DNA from: an uncultured Nitrospiraceae bacterium
Lineage (GTDB): Bacteria > Nitrospirota > Nitrospiria > Nitrospirales > Nitrospiraceae
Assembly (NCBI GenBank): GCA_963846575.1
Contig: CAWJWJ010000001.1
Coordinates: forward strand, 1,056,001-1,120,000
Length of the DNA stretch: 64,000 bases
Reading direction: 5' to 3'
Shown: piece after piece, positions 48,598 to 58,897 of the stretch
Layout of the letters: every line of letters starts with the position of its first letter
How positions within the stretch are numbered: position 1 is the stretch's first letter
Made by a program: the position numbers and the translations under genes
The notes under the pieces: model-generated
What the model was told of the DNA's origin: nothing
Database searches by the model: none
Seen by the model: only the letters and a program-made list of their open reading frames with translations

Positions 48598-51534
48598 TCA
48601 TGACCGACAACCTGCCGTTCGATTCACGAAGTTGTGTGGAGGCCGCGGAGCCGTTCGCTCAGGCTCCGGTCCTATAAAGACATGCCGCTGGTGCGCAACA
48701 CCAACTGAATCCCAGGCGACCGCCTGACCCTCAGGGGTGGCGGTTCTTTCAGCCACATGCACCGGCGGGCTCAGGAGCCATCCTCCCGGTTCAGCGGGCA
48801 GGGCGTCCCGCCCCGCGACCACGAGGCTGCTGAAGTGACCCTGGGCCTGCGCGGCACAACGCTGTTGCATGAGGTGTTGGATTTGGAGCGGACGTTGCGG
48901 CAGCGTGGCGAGGGTGCCGCTCAAATTGGACAATGGAGACTGGATGTCGACCGTGCCGCTCAATCCGAACTGCGAGGAAGCGTTGACGATGCTGGTCTGG
49001 TCAGCGAGAAACGTCCCCGCGATGATGTTGATGTTGCCGCCTTGGCCCTGCACGGCTTGGGCGAGCACCTGGCTGTTCTGAAGCGTGACGACTGCCGGAT
49101 CGAGGAGAATATTGCCTCCGGAGGTAGTCGGGCCACCCTGGACCGACGTGCTGAGTTGGCTGTTTACCAATCTAATGGAATCCGTGGCTTGAATGACAAT
49201 GTTGCCTCCGCTGGCGTGAGTGGCCTCCGTGAGGATGGATGCGTTTCGACTGAGGAAATGCCCGCCCGCATCAATGGCAATATTCCCGGCGTTGCCCGCT
49301 CCCGTGCTCCCGGCCGACACCATGGACCCATCACTCAATGAGACGGACTGTCCCGCAGTGAGAGCAATGCTGCCTCCAGGGCCTGTCCCGGAGCTGGTGC
49401 TGGAGATCCGTGCCGACTGATCGGCCTGGAAACCGGCGGCCGTGAGAACGATGTTTCCAGCCGGCGCTGCGCCCGCCGTGTCAGTCTTCAGGACACTGTT
49501 GGTCAGTTGCATGGTATCGGCAGTCATCATGATGGTGGCGGGAGTCGTCGATGCAGTGCCCCGGCCCACGGCTGTCGTAAACTCTATATTATTGAGCGCG
49601 ATCAGCGTCGCCGCATCGGTGATCTCAGGCCCGGTGCCCGAGACCGTTAATGTGCCGGCCTGCCAGGCCGGGCTTGAGCTATTGATAGACGAGGGACGTT
49701 GGCCATTGATGAGCGTGCCATCGGCTTTGACGTTGGCTCGCAGTTGGTTGACGTTGAAGGCGATGCTTCCTGCCGGTGCCGTAACATCTCCGAAGGTATT
49801 GGCGAAAAACACGGTTCGACCGCTGAGGCTCACCGTATCGGCCGTGATCAGAATGACTCCGGGGGGCGTGGCCGGGGTTCCACCATCCACTCCCGAGCTG
49901 AGTTGTGCATTGTAGAGGGCGACCGACTCGGCGGCATCCGTGGACTCAGGACCGAGACCGGAAATCATCAATCGCCCAGCCGGGCCGGCTGTGCGGCCCA
50001 CGTCGTTGGTCGTATTGATGAATACCCGCCTGGCGCCGGCGATCGGCGTCTCATCCGGGTGGACGTTCACCCGCATGGTGTTGACGTGGAGTGCGATATC
50101 TCCGGCCGGGGCGGCCCCGATCGTTGTGGCCACAATGGTCGCGCCGCCCGCACCGGTTTCATCCGGCAGCACCCGATTGGTGAAGAGGAGCGAATCTGCC
50201 GTAATCGTGATGCGAGAGGGCACGGTCTGCGCTGTCCCTCCAAAAATCCTGTTACTGATGGAGATGTCCTCGAGCACGACATTCGCGGCCGCCGTCCCGG
50301 GTCCGCCCACGCCGTGAAGCGTGATTCTGCCTGCCGCACCCCCGGAGGCCTCAGTGCTTCTACTATCGCTGGCAATCAGATTCCCGTTCAGGGTGCCGTC
50401 ATCGATTGGGGGATTCAAGAGGACGCGATTGACTCCTGCTTTGGTGGTCAAGGTATCTACACTGAAGGTGATGTCGCCAGCCGGAGACGATCCGCGTGTA
50501 TCGGCTGTAATGAGCGTGCCATTGTTCAACGCAACCGTCTCCGCTGTGACTGAAATACCCGGCGAACCGGTCGCGCCAACCGGACCTGCTCCCTGACCGT
50601 CCATCGTTATCGCTTTAAGGGACGCGTCGTCCATCGTGAGCCGGCCGCCACGAAGGACGATTCGTCCGGCCCTGTCGCCACTCGTGTCAATGCTCGCCTT
50701 TTGAGCAAGCGAAACCTGGCCATACGAGGTCAACCTGTTCGGCATGGGGTGCGTAGAAGGAGGCCCCGCTTCGCTCGTCACCACCTCGCCCGCCGACGCG
50801 ACTCCGACCAGATTGATCTGCCCGCCGGGGGCCGCGAGGCGAGCGGACTGCGTGGCGCCATCCGCGAGCGTTTCGCCGGCCAGCGTGAGATCCCCGCCCA
50901 CCACTGAAAGGGTCTGACCCTCTGAGACCGCCAGTTGACCGCCCTGTACCGTGATCGCCCCCGGATTGGATCCGAGGAACCCGAAGGCCGCGACGGGCGC
51001 AGCGGAGATGGCGGCATCGGCCGGTCCGGGGAGCGCATTGAATCGCGCGCCGTCCGTCAACCGCAGATAATCCGCCGTGGTGAAGCTCACTGATCCGCCA
51101 ACATTCAAGGCGGCGTTCGGACCGAAGACGATGCCGGCTGGGTTCATCAAAAACAGATTGGCGCTGCCAAAGCCGGTGGTTTGGATGGTTCCGAAGATGT
51201 TGGAAGGGTTGCCGCCGGTGACGCGCCCGAGAATGTTGGAGGTGGGGAAAGCCGTTTCGTTGAGAAAGTTCGCAACATTGTCCGTGGGCAGGCCGAACTC
51301 GCCAAAGCTGTGAAAGAGATTCGGTCCGCTGCCGGGCCTGGTGCCGCCGGTGATGTCGAACTGGTTCCCCGATTTCGTCACGGTCGTGCTGAGTCCAGAG
51401 GAGGTGATGGTCGGAGATGCCTGGGCGTCGGCGAAGGTCGTCAGGCCAGGCTGGATCAAGAAGGACGCCAGCAGCGCTGCCGCGAGCGAGGGGCGGTACT
51501 CATGATCGGGACCGTTCAGACGAGTGAGAAGCAT
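48598..51534 (-). CDS. TpsA-4: filamentous haemagglutinin-like two-partner-secretion exoprotein (978 aa)
   Basis: Signal peptide; NLFHSF, GRVTGG..S.I.G and NLFLMNPAGIVFG TPS motifs; G.AG.I beta-helix repeats; conserved C-terminal block. Confidence 0.93.
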   Translation of the reverse strand: MLLTRLNGPDHEYRPSLAAALLASFLIQPGLTTFADAQASPTITSSGLSTTVTKSGNQFDITGGTRPGSGPNLFHSFGEFGLPTDNVANFLNETAFPTSNILGRVTGGNPSNIFGTIQTTGFGSANLFLMNPAGIVFGPNAALNVGGSVSFTTADYLRLTDGARFNALPGPADAAISAAPVAAFGFLGSNPGAITVQGGQLAVSEGQTLSVVGGDLTLAGETLADGATQSARLAAPGGQINLVGVASAGEVVTSEAGPPSTHPMPNRLTSYGQVSLAQKASIDTSGDRAGRIVLRGGRLTMDDASLKAITMDGQGAGPVGATGSPGISVTAETVALNNGTLITADTRGSSPAGDITFSVDTLTTKAGVNRVLLNPPIDDGTLNGNLIASDSRSTEASGGAAGRITLHGVGGPGTAAANVVLEDISISNRIFGGTAQTVPSRITITADSLLFTNRVLPDETGAGGATIVATTIGAAPAGDIALHVNTMRVNVHPDETPIAGARRVFINTTNDVGRTAGPAGRLMISGLGPESTDAAESVALYNAQLSSGVDGGTPATPPGVILITADTVSLSGRTVFFANTFGDVTAPAGSIAFNVNQLRANVKADGTLINGQRPSSINSSSPAWQAGTLTVSGTGPEITDAATLIALNNIEFTTAVGRGTASTTPATIMMTADTMQLTNSVLKTDTAGAAPAGNIVLTAAGFQADQSARISSTSSGTGPGGSIALTAGQSVSLSDGSMVSAGSTGAGNAGNIAIDAGGHFLSRNASILTEATHASGGNIVIQATDSIRLVNSQLSTSVQGGPTTSGGNILLDPAVVTLQNSQVLAQAVQGQGGNINIIAGTFLADQTSIVNASSQFGLSGTVDIQSPLSNLSGTLATLPQRPLQIQHLMQQRCAAQAQGHFSSLVVAGRDALPAEPGGWLLSPPVHVAERTATPEGQAVAWDSVGVAHQRHVFIGPEPERTAPRPPHNFVNRTAGCRS

Positions 51535-51572
51535 AGAAGCCCTTCCTCTACCGCACGTCTACCTCGCCGCTA

Positions 51573-54500
51573 TCAGGACCCGCAGCCGGTGGCCGGGTGG
51601 GGTGCAGTCCGTCGAGGCGAAGAAGTAGTCAACTGCGCAGACCACGGTCCTGAAGGAGCCTGGCTGTGATCCATGGGTTCGAGGGACGAGTTGGTGACTG
51701 CCTGAGCCTGTGGAACCGGGTCGCTCTCTGTCATGACAGCCAGGGGACTCATCTGCCATCCGCCCGGTTCTGCCGGGAGTGCATCCCTGCTCGAGACCAC
51801 CAGGCTGCTCAAGCGACCGTCCCCCTGAGCGGCACAGCGCTGGGTAAGAAGCTGCTGCGCTTCCAGCGGGCGTTGCGGCAGGGTAGCCAGGGTGTTGCTC
51901 AGGCTCGACACAGGAGATTGAATGTTCACCGAACCGCTCAACCCGAATTGGGACGACGCACTCACGACGCTGGTCTGGTCGGTGAGAAAAGTCCCGGCGA
52001 TGATGTTGATGTTGCCGCCCGCTCCTTCCGTGGCTTGCGCCAAGACCTGACTGTTCTGCAGGGTGACCACGGCGGGATCAAGGAGGATGTTCCCGCCGGA
52101 GGTGTTGGGCCCTCCTTGCACGGAGGTGTTGATTTGGCTGTTCGCGAGTCGAATCGCATCGGTGGCTTGCACTGTAATATTCCCTCCGCTGCCATGGAGG
52201 GCCTGCGCCGTCACGGAAGCATTCTGGCTGATAAACTGAGAGCCGGCGTTGATTGAAAGGCTGCCGGCATCGGCCCCTCCGGTGTTACTGGCTGATATAG
52301 TCGAACCGGGACCTAAGGTGATGGATTCTTGTCCACTGAGGACGATATTCCCGCCATTCTGAGTTCCGCTGGAGACGGTGGAGATATCGCTGCCGTGCAT
52401 GATGAGGGTCCCGGCCGAGACGTCAATGTTGCCGCCCTGATCCAGCGTGTTCGCCGACTGCGGCCGGACGTTGTTCACGTTGGATGAGATGGTCGTGTTT
52501 TCCAGCCGGATCGGCCCGCTTGCTTTCAGCTCGATCTTGCCTCCCAGCGCATCCACCCTCGTGTCCGTCTCCACGTTGGTTCCGGCAAGATCAATGGAGG
52601 AGGCGGGCGGGAACGGCGTCCCCTCGGGCATGGCTACGCTTTCACCGGTGATACTGATCGTGCCCGCCCCGCCGCTTGCGGTACTGCTGCTGGAGATCAC
52701 CACTCGGGCCGGATCCGTGGAATTCAGTATCCGCGGCTCGCCGAGCGTTCCACCGGGCCCGGTTCCCGGGCGAGTCGTCAAGTGGTCGGCATGGATTTCG
52801 ATGCTACTCCCGATACGATTGCCGTGCGTCGGCGCAATGATTCCGCCTCCTGTGATGTCTAGATTCTTAGCCGACACAAGAAGACTTCCCTGGACACCTC
52901 TCCCATCCGTCAGAGCGCGGCTTCGCTCACCGGCTCCAACGACATCGATCACCTGTCCATTACTATCCTTGGCGTTGCTGACATTGTTGACTTGGGAATT
53001 CAGCACGGAATGGTCCAATACGAGATTGTCGGCTCGAATCCTGAGAATCCCCGGAAGCCCATCATGTTGAGACTCGACCGTCACCTCGGAATTGGTAAGC
53101 CGGATCGTGTTGGTCGGTTGATCGGGAAAATCCGGCTCCCAAACGGCGCCGAACGAAAAGAAGTGATCCTTGATGATCTTCGTGATGCCGGCTTGCGCTC
53201 GTCCGCTGCTCGTATTGGTGATCGAAGAATTGTCGGCCGTTACGGAATTCTGCGCGCGCAACCAGATCTCACCTGCGCTGGGGCCCCCCTGACACAAGGG
53301 GCACGATCCAATATCCGACACCTTCGCATCGGCCGCGATGGTGCTGTCTTTCAGGGCGATATCCTGAGCGATAATGTCGATACGGCTGAATCCCCCATTG
53401 CGCGCAAACTCACCGTTTGGTTTGTCTCCATGGATGTTGAAATCTTGCGTCGTCACGGAGATAGTCGTATCGGTAAACGCTGCGTGACCGTGCGTTCGCA
53501 TCATCACGATTGCGCCCGGCGCATTCCCGAACGCGTTTGCGTGTATATCCGTCCCGTGGAGATCAAGAGATTCTGCCAAATAGTATTCAAAGACGTCGCC
53601 GGCTCCGCCACGCGACCGGCCTACCCACACGTACCGGCGGAGAGCGGTCGGAGTCACCCCTGGTATGCCCTGAATGATGATGTCGCCGGGTTGGCCGCCC
53701 GGGCATCCTTGGCAATTGCTGGTACTCGTCACCATGACCCGCCCATCAGGGCCGGCGGCGGTTTCCAGCGTGCCAACATTGAGGGTAATCGAGCCGGCGT
53801 CTGCGCCGCCGGTCGTGTCCGCCTGAATGACCGTTCCATTGACAAGGGCGACCTTCTTTGCCGTGATCTCGATATCCGCCGATAGTCGCTTAGGAGTAAA
53901 GTCGGGACGATGTGCGCGTTCCACCAGCTCCCCGCCCGTTGAGTTCGGCGTGGGAAGCGTGGCATCGCTCGCATTCGCCACGATCTTTGTGTGACTCAGG
54001 GCAAGTGTCTCGGCAGCTTGCCCTCCCGGTCCTCTCAGAAAGATCGTTCCGGCTGCTCCCTGCCCCGTACTGTTGCTGGCAATGGTGACGGGCGCCGCGC
54101 CGCTGAGCGGTACGCCATCGCCGCCCATGTTACTGGCCAACGTCCTGGCTTCAATCGTGATGTTGCCTGCATTGCCGGCGCCGCTCGTGGAGGCACTGAG
54201 AGTCGATCCGTTGCTCAGACTGACATGTTCAGCCTGAACGGAAATATCGCCCTGCGCGGTCGCGGAGGGGACTGCCTCGGTTGTGTTGGACGAGGTGTTT
54301 GCCGCAAGCGCGGCGTTCTCCATAACCAGTTGCCCGCCTCTGATAAGGATCGGTCCGGCACGACCGGTGCTCGAACTGGTCTCAAGCGCAGCTCCCGCCG
54401 TGAGCTGAATCGTGCCGCCTTGCCCGGCGACGTTTGCAGGATCGAAAGAGGCTCCGGCGAGACCGGCCGGAGTTCCACCGAGACTCAGTTCTCCGGTGCC

Positions 54501-55238
54501 GACTACACTCACCACGTTGATGGGTCCACCTGCCGCGGTGATGCGGGAGGGTACAGAGGTACCATTTTCAAGCCTGCCGGCAGTGATCTCGATATTTCCG
54601 CCGACGAGCGACAGGCCTTGTCCTTCCGAGACCACGAGTTGACTGCCCTGCAGGGTGATCGCGGCCGGGTTCGATCCAAGAAATCCGAACGCCGCTACCG
54701 GCGCGCTGGAGATGGCGGCATCTTGTAGGCCTGAGACCGCATTGAAGCGCGCGCCGTCTGTGAGGCGCAGGTAATCCGCGGTCGTGAAGCTCACCGACCC
54801 TCCGACATTCAGGGTCGCGGTCGGCCCGAATACAATCCCGGCCGGATTCATCAGAAACAGATTGGCGTTGCCGAAGCCGGTAGTCTGGATCATCCCGAAG
54901 ATATTCGACGGATTCCCGCCGGTCACGCGCCCGAGAATGTTGGAGGTGGGGAGAGCCGCGTCGTTGAGGAAGTTCGCCACGTTGTTGGTGGGGACGCCGA
55001 ACTCGCCGAAGCTGTGGAAGAGATTCGGTCCGCTGCCCGGTCGCGTGCCGCCGGTAATATCGAACTGATTGCTCGATTTCGTGACGGTCGTATTAAGTCC
55101 CGATGAGGTAATGGGGAGACTCGCCTGGGCATACGCGACAGTCGGTAGGCCAGGCTGGATCAGCCAGCAGGCCAGCACGGCCGCCGCGAGCAGGAGGCGC
55201 TGCGGGTGCCCGCGATTGATCGAGTGTGGGGTGACCAT
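51573..55238 (-). CDS. TpsA-3: filamentous haemagglutinin-like exoprotein (1221 aa)
   Basis: Same TPS domain and C-terminal block; GAGAGGAAGG RBS before ATG 55238. Confidence 0.93.
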   Translation of the reverse strand: MVTPHSINRGHPQRLLLAAAVLACWLIQPGLPTVAYAQASLPITSSGLNTTVTKSSNQFDITGGTRPGSGPNLFHSFGEFGVPTNNVANFLNDAALPTSNILGRVTGGNPSNIFGMIQTTGFGNANLFLMNPAGIVFGPTATLNVGGSVSFTTADYLRLTDGARFNAVSGLQDAAISSAPVAAFGFLGSNPAAITLQGSQLVVSEGQGLSLVGGNIEITAGRLENGTSVPSRITAAGGPINVVSVVGTGELSLGGTPAGLAGASFDPANVAGQGGTIQLTAGAALETSSSTGRAGPILIRGGQLVMENAALAANTSSNTTEAVPSATAQGDISVQAEHVSLSNGSTLSASTSGAGNAGNITIEARTLASNMGGDGVPLSGAAPVTIASNSTGQGAAGTIFLRGPGGQAAETLALSHTKIVANASDATLPTPNSTGGELVERAHRPDFTPKRLSADIEITAKKVALVNGTVIQADTTGGADAGSITLNVGTLETAAGPDGRVMVTSTSNCQGCPGGQPGDIIIQGIPGVTPTALRRYVWVGRSRGGAGDVFEYYLAESLDLHGTDIHANAFGNAPGAIVMMRTHGHAAFTDTTISVTTQDFNIHGDKPNGEFARNGGFSRIDIIAQDIALKDSTIAADAKVSDIGSCPLCQGGPSAGEIWLRAQNSVTADNSSITNTSSGRAQAGITKIIKDHFFSFGAVWEPDFPDQPTNTIRLTNSEVTVESQHDGLPGILRIRADNLVLDHSVLNSQVNNVSNAKDSNGQVIDVVGAGERSRALTDGRGVQGSLLVSAKNLDITGGGIIAPTHGNRIGSSIEIHADHLTTRPGTGPGGTLGEPRILNSTDPARVVISSSSTASGGAGTISITGESVAMPEGTPFPPASSIDLAGTNVETDTRVDALGGKIELKASGPIRLENTTISSNVNNVRPQSANTLDQGGNIDVSAGTLIMHGSDISTVSSGTQNGGNIVLSGQESITLGPGSTISASNTGGADAGSLSINAGSQFISQNASVTAQALHGSGGNITVQATDAIRLANSQINTSVQGGPNTSGGNILLDPAVVTLQNSQVLAQATEGAGGNINIIAGTFLTDQTSVVSASSQFGLSGSVNIQSPVSSLSNTLATLPQRPLEAQQLLTQRCAAQGDGRLSSLVVSSRDALPAEPGGWQMSPLAVMTESDPVPQAQAVTNSSLEPMDHSQAPSGPWSAQLTTSSPRRTAPHPATGCGS

Positions 55239-55276
55239 AGAAGCCTTCCTCTCTACCGCCCACCAGTTCGCCGCCG

Positions 55277-58200
55277 CTAGGACCCGCAGCCGGCGGCCGG
55301 CTCGGAGGCCCCTCGTCGCGGAGCTGAACTGGGCGACTGCCACATGTGTCCTGCCAGCACGTGGGCAGGACGTAAAGGATCGAAAGCAGATCCGGCCATC
55401 GGTTCTTCCCTGGTAGAAGCAAATTCCTCAGCCGTCAGCGCAATGGAACTGAGCAGCCACCCGCCGGGCTCTGCGGGCAGAGCGTCCCGACCCACTATGG
55501 CGAGACTGCTCATGCGACCGTTGACCTGGGCGGCGCAACGTTGTTGCAGGAGCGGCTGCGCCTGCAGGGGACGTTGCGGCAGCGTGGTCAAGGTGTTGCT
55601 GAGGCTGGACACGGGAGATTGTATGTTGACGGTGCCAGTCAAACCGAACTGGGACGACGCACTCACGACGCTGGTCTGGTCGGCGAGAAACGTCCCCGCG
55701 ATGATGCTGATGTTGCCGCCTGTGCCTTGCACGGCTTGCGCGAGCACTTGACTGTTCTGAAGCGTTACCACTGCCGGATCGAGAGTAATGTTTCCGCCGG
55801 ATGAGTTGGCACCTCCCTGGACTGAGGTGCTGAGCCGGCCGTTGATGATGCGGATCGAGTCGGTGGCCTGAACTAAAATATTGCCGCCGCTCGCATGGTT
55901 TGCTTCCGTGGTGATGGATCCATTTTGACTGAGGAAGTGGGGGCCGGCATGGAGAGAAATATTGCCGGCGTTACCGAGACCAGTGCTGCTGGCTGAGATG
56001 GCCGCGTCGTTTCCGAGGGAGATGGACCCCTTTGCCGAGATCAGAATATTCCCGCCGTTCTGGGTCCCGCGAGACAGAGCTGAGACCCGTCCTCCCTCCA
56101 TCAGGAAAGTTCCGACGCTGACATCGATATTGCCGCCCTGCTCCCGCAGGGTCATCGACTGCGGCCGCACATCGGTCACATTAGCGGAAATAGTCGAATC
56201 GTGCAGTTCGACGGGGCCTTTCACCTTCAGGAGGATCTTTCCCCCGAGCGCATCGATATTGGTGTCGGTGAGCAGATCGGTATCGGTCAGGTGGATGGAC
56301 GTCCCGGGGGGCAAGGGAGTATCCCCGCGTGCCGGAGGTCTTCGGCCGCTGATCGAGATCATTCCTGCGCCGCCAGTGCCGGTGCTGCTGCTGGAAATCA
56401 CGACGCGAGTGGGGTCGTCTGCGTTCAGAATCCGTGGCGCGACCAAGGTCCCTCCCGGTCCGGTTCCCGCGCGAGTGACTATATTATCCGTTTGCAACTG
56501 AATACTGCTACCGATGCGGCTGCCACGGGTAGGGGAAATGATCCCGCCGCCGGTGATGTCCAGGAGTTTTGCCGAAATGAGGGTGCTGCCCTGAACGCTT
56601 CTGCCATCCGTGTTCACGGGACCTCGTTCACCGGCGCCGACGACGTCGATCAACTGCCCTGCGGAGTCCCTGACGTTGGATACGTCATTGGCCCGCGAGT
56701 TCAAGATGGTGTGATCGAGGATAATGTTGTCGGCCCGCACTCTCAGATAACCGGGAAGACCGGAGTGCTGAGCTTCCACCGTGAGTTCTGAATTAGTCAG
56801 ACGAACCGTGCCCGTCGGTTCATCCGGGTAGAGCGTATCCCAGATCGCTCCCTCAGTAAAATAGTGATCTTTGATGATCTTCGTGATGCCGGCTTGTGCC
56901 CTCCCCCGGCTGGTATTGGTGATGAACGAATTGGTGGCGGTCACTGAATTGTCAGCCCGTAGCCAGATCTCCCCGGCGGTCGGCCCTCCCTGGCACACCG
57001 GACAGGTTCCGATATCCGACACCAGGGCATCAGCTTTAATGGTGCTATCTGTGACGACGATATCCGAAGACATGATATCGATATTACTTAACCCCTGATA
57101 TCGTGCGAGTTCCCCATTGGGCTTCAACCCGTCAAGATAGAAGTCTTGCGTGGCCACTGAAATACTTGTATCGGTCAGCGCGACCTGCTCTTGGCCCTTC
57201 ATGATGACCTTCCCGCCCGGGGCATTGCTGCTGGCCTCCGAATGGATATCAGTGCCCTGTAGATCGATGCGGCGCGCGAAATACATCGTCAACGGATCTG
57301 TGCGTCCATTCTGTGGCGTGAAGATAAATGAGTAGTTCCGGGTCACGCTGTGAGCGGCGTCCTGAATGCCCTGAATTGTGATGTCGCCGGCTTGCCCGCC
57401 AAAGCATTGGGTCCCGCAGTTACTATCGCTTGAGAACAGGACCCGCCCGTCGGGCCCTTCTTGTGTTGTGAGCGTATTCACATTCAGCGTGATCGCGCCG
57501 GCATCTGCGCCGCCGGTGGTATCCGAACGGAGGACAGTACCGTTTGCCAATTCGACCAGTTGCGCGGTCAGTTCAATGTTGCCCGGCGCCACTATTGGAT
57601 GTGCGGCATTGGTGACACCTGTCACGAGATGGGTGTTGCTCAGCAAGATGGTGTCTGCGGGTTCCCCCGCTGATCCAGAAATGGAAATGGACCCCGCTCC
57701 GCCTTGGCCCGAACTGGTGCTCGAAATAGTCACCGGGGCCGCGCCGCCAATCGGAACGGCATCGGGCGCTACATTGCTGCGGAAGGTCCCCACCTCAAAG
57801 CTGATATTCCCGGCCGTCCCGTCCTTGGCCGAAGTGAGGACATTCGCACCCTGTGACAGGACCACGTGCTCCGCTTGCACAGAGATAGCCGCCGCCGTTG
57901 AAGCCGCGGGTGGAGCGTAGGGTCCGGAGGCCGTGGTCTTCGCCTCCAGAGTGGCACCTTCCATGCTGAATTGGCCGCTGCGGATCACAATACTGCCCGC
58001 CGTGTGCGCGGTCGTCGTCACAGCCGTTCCTTGAGTCAGCGCAATGGATCCCAGGGAGGGGAAGCCGCTCGTCGTCGGTCCGGTGGCCGACGTCCCGGCG
58101 GTCAACACTTCCCCGGCTGACGCAGCCGCAATCAGGGTGATCGGGCCGCCCGGAGCTGCAAGCCGGGCCGGTTGAACGGTGGCGTTGTCGAGCGTCCCGC

Positions 58201-58859
58201 CTTGAAGGGTAATATTCCCCCCGACCAAAGAAATGCCTTGCCCTTCGGCGACCGCGAGCTGACTGCCCTGCAGGGTGATCGCGGCCGGGTTCGAACCCAA
58301 AAATCCGAAGGCCGCGACGGGCGCGCTGGAGATGGCGGCGTCGGCCGTGCCAGGAATGGCGTTGAACTTCGCGCCATCCGTCAAGCCGCAGATAATCGGC
58401 CGTGGTGAAGCTCACCGATCCGCCGACATTCAGTGTCGCGGTCGGCCCGAATACAATCCCGGCCGGATTCATTAAGAACAGATTGGCGTTGCCGAAACCG
58501 GTAGTCTGGATCGTGCCGAAGATATTGGACGGATTCCCGCCGGTGACGCGCCCGAGAATGTTGGAGGTGGGGAGAGCCGTGTCGTTGAGGAAGTTCGCAA
58601 CGTGGTTGGTGGGGACGCCGAACTCGCCGAAGCTGTGAAAGAGATTCGGTCCGCTGCCCGGCCTCGTGCCGCCGGTAATATCGAACTGGTTGCCTGCTTT
58701 CGTGACGGTCGTATTGAGTCCCGACGAGGTGATGGGGAGACTCGCCTGGCCGTGAACAATCTCAGGTACGAAAGAGGGGGTGAGCCAGCAGGCCAGCAGC
58801 GCCGCCGCGAGCGGGGGGCGCTGCGGGTGCCCGCGATTGATCGAGTGTGTGAAGACCAT
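55277..58859 (-). pseudogene. TpsA-2: FHA-like exoprotein interrupted by a +1 frameshift near 58385 (real lesion or sequencing error)
   Basis: N-terminal ORF 57795..58859 and C-terminal ORF 55277..58384 join into ADYLRLTDGAKFN if one base is removed, matching the paralogs. Confidence 0.85.
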
Positions 58860-58897
58860 GGAGGCCCTTCCTCTATCGCACGTCTAGCTCGCTGCTG

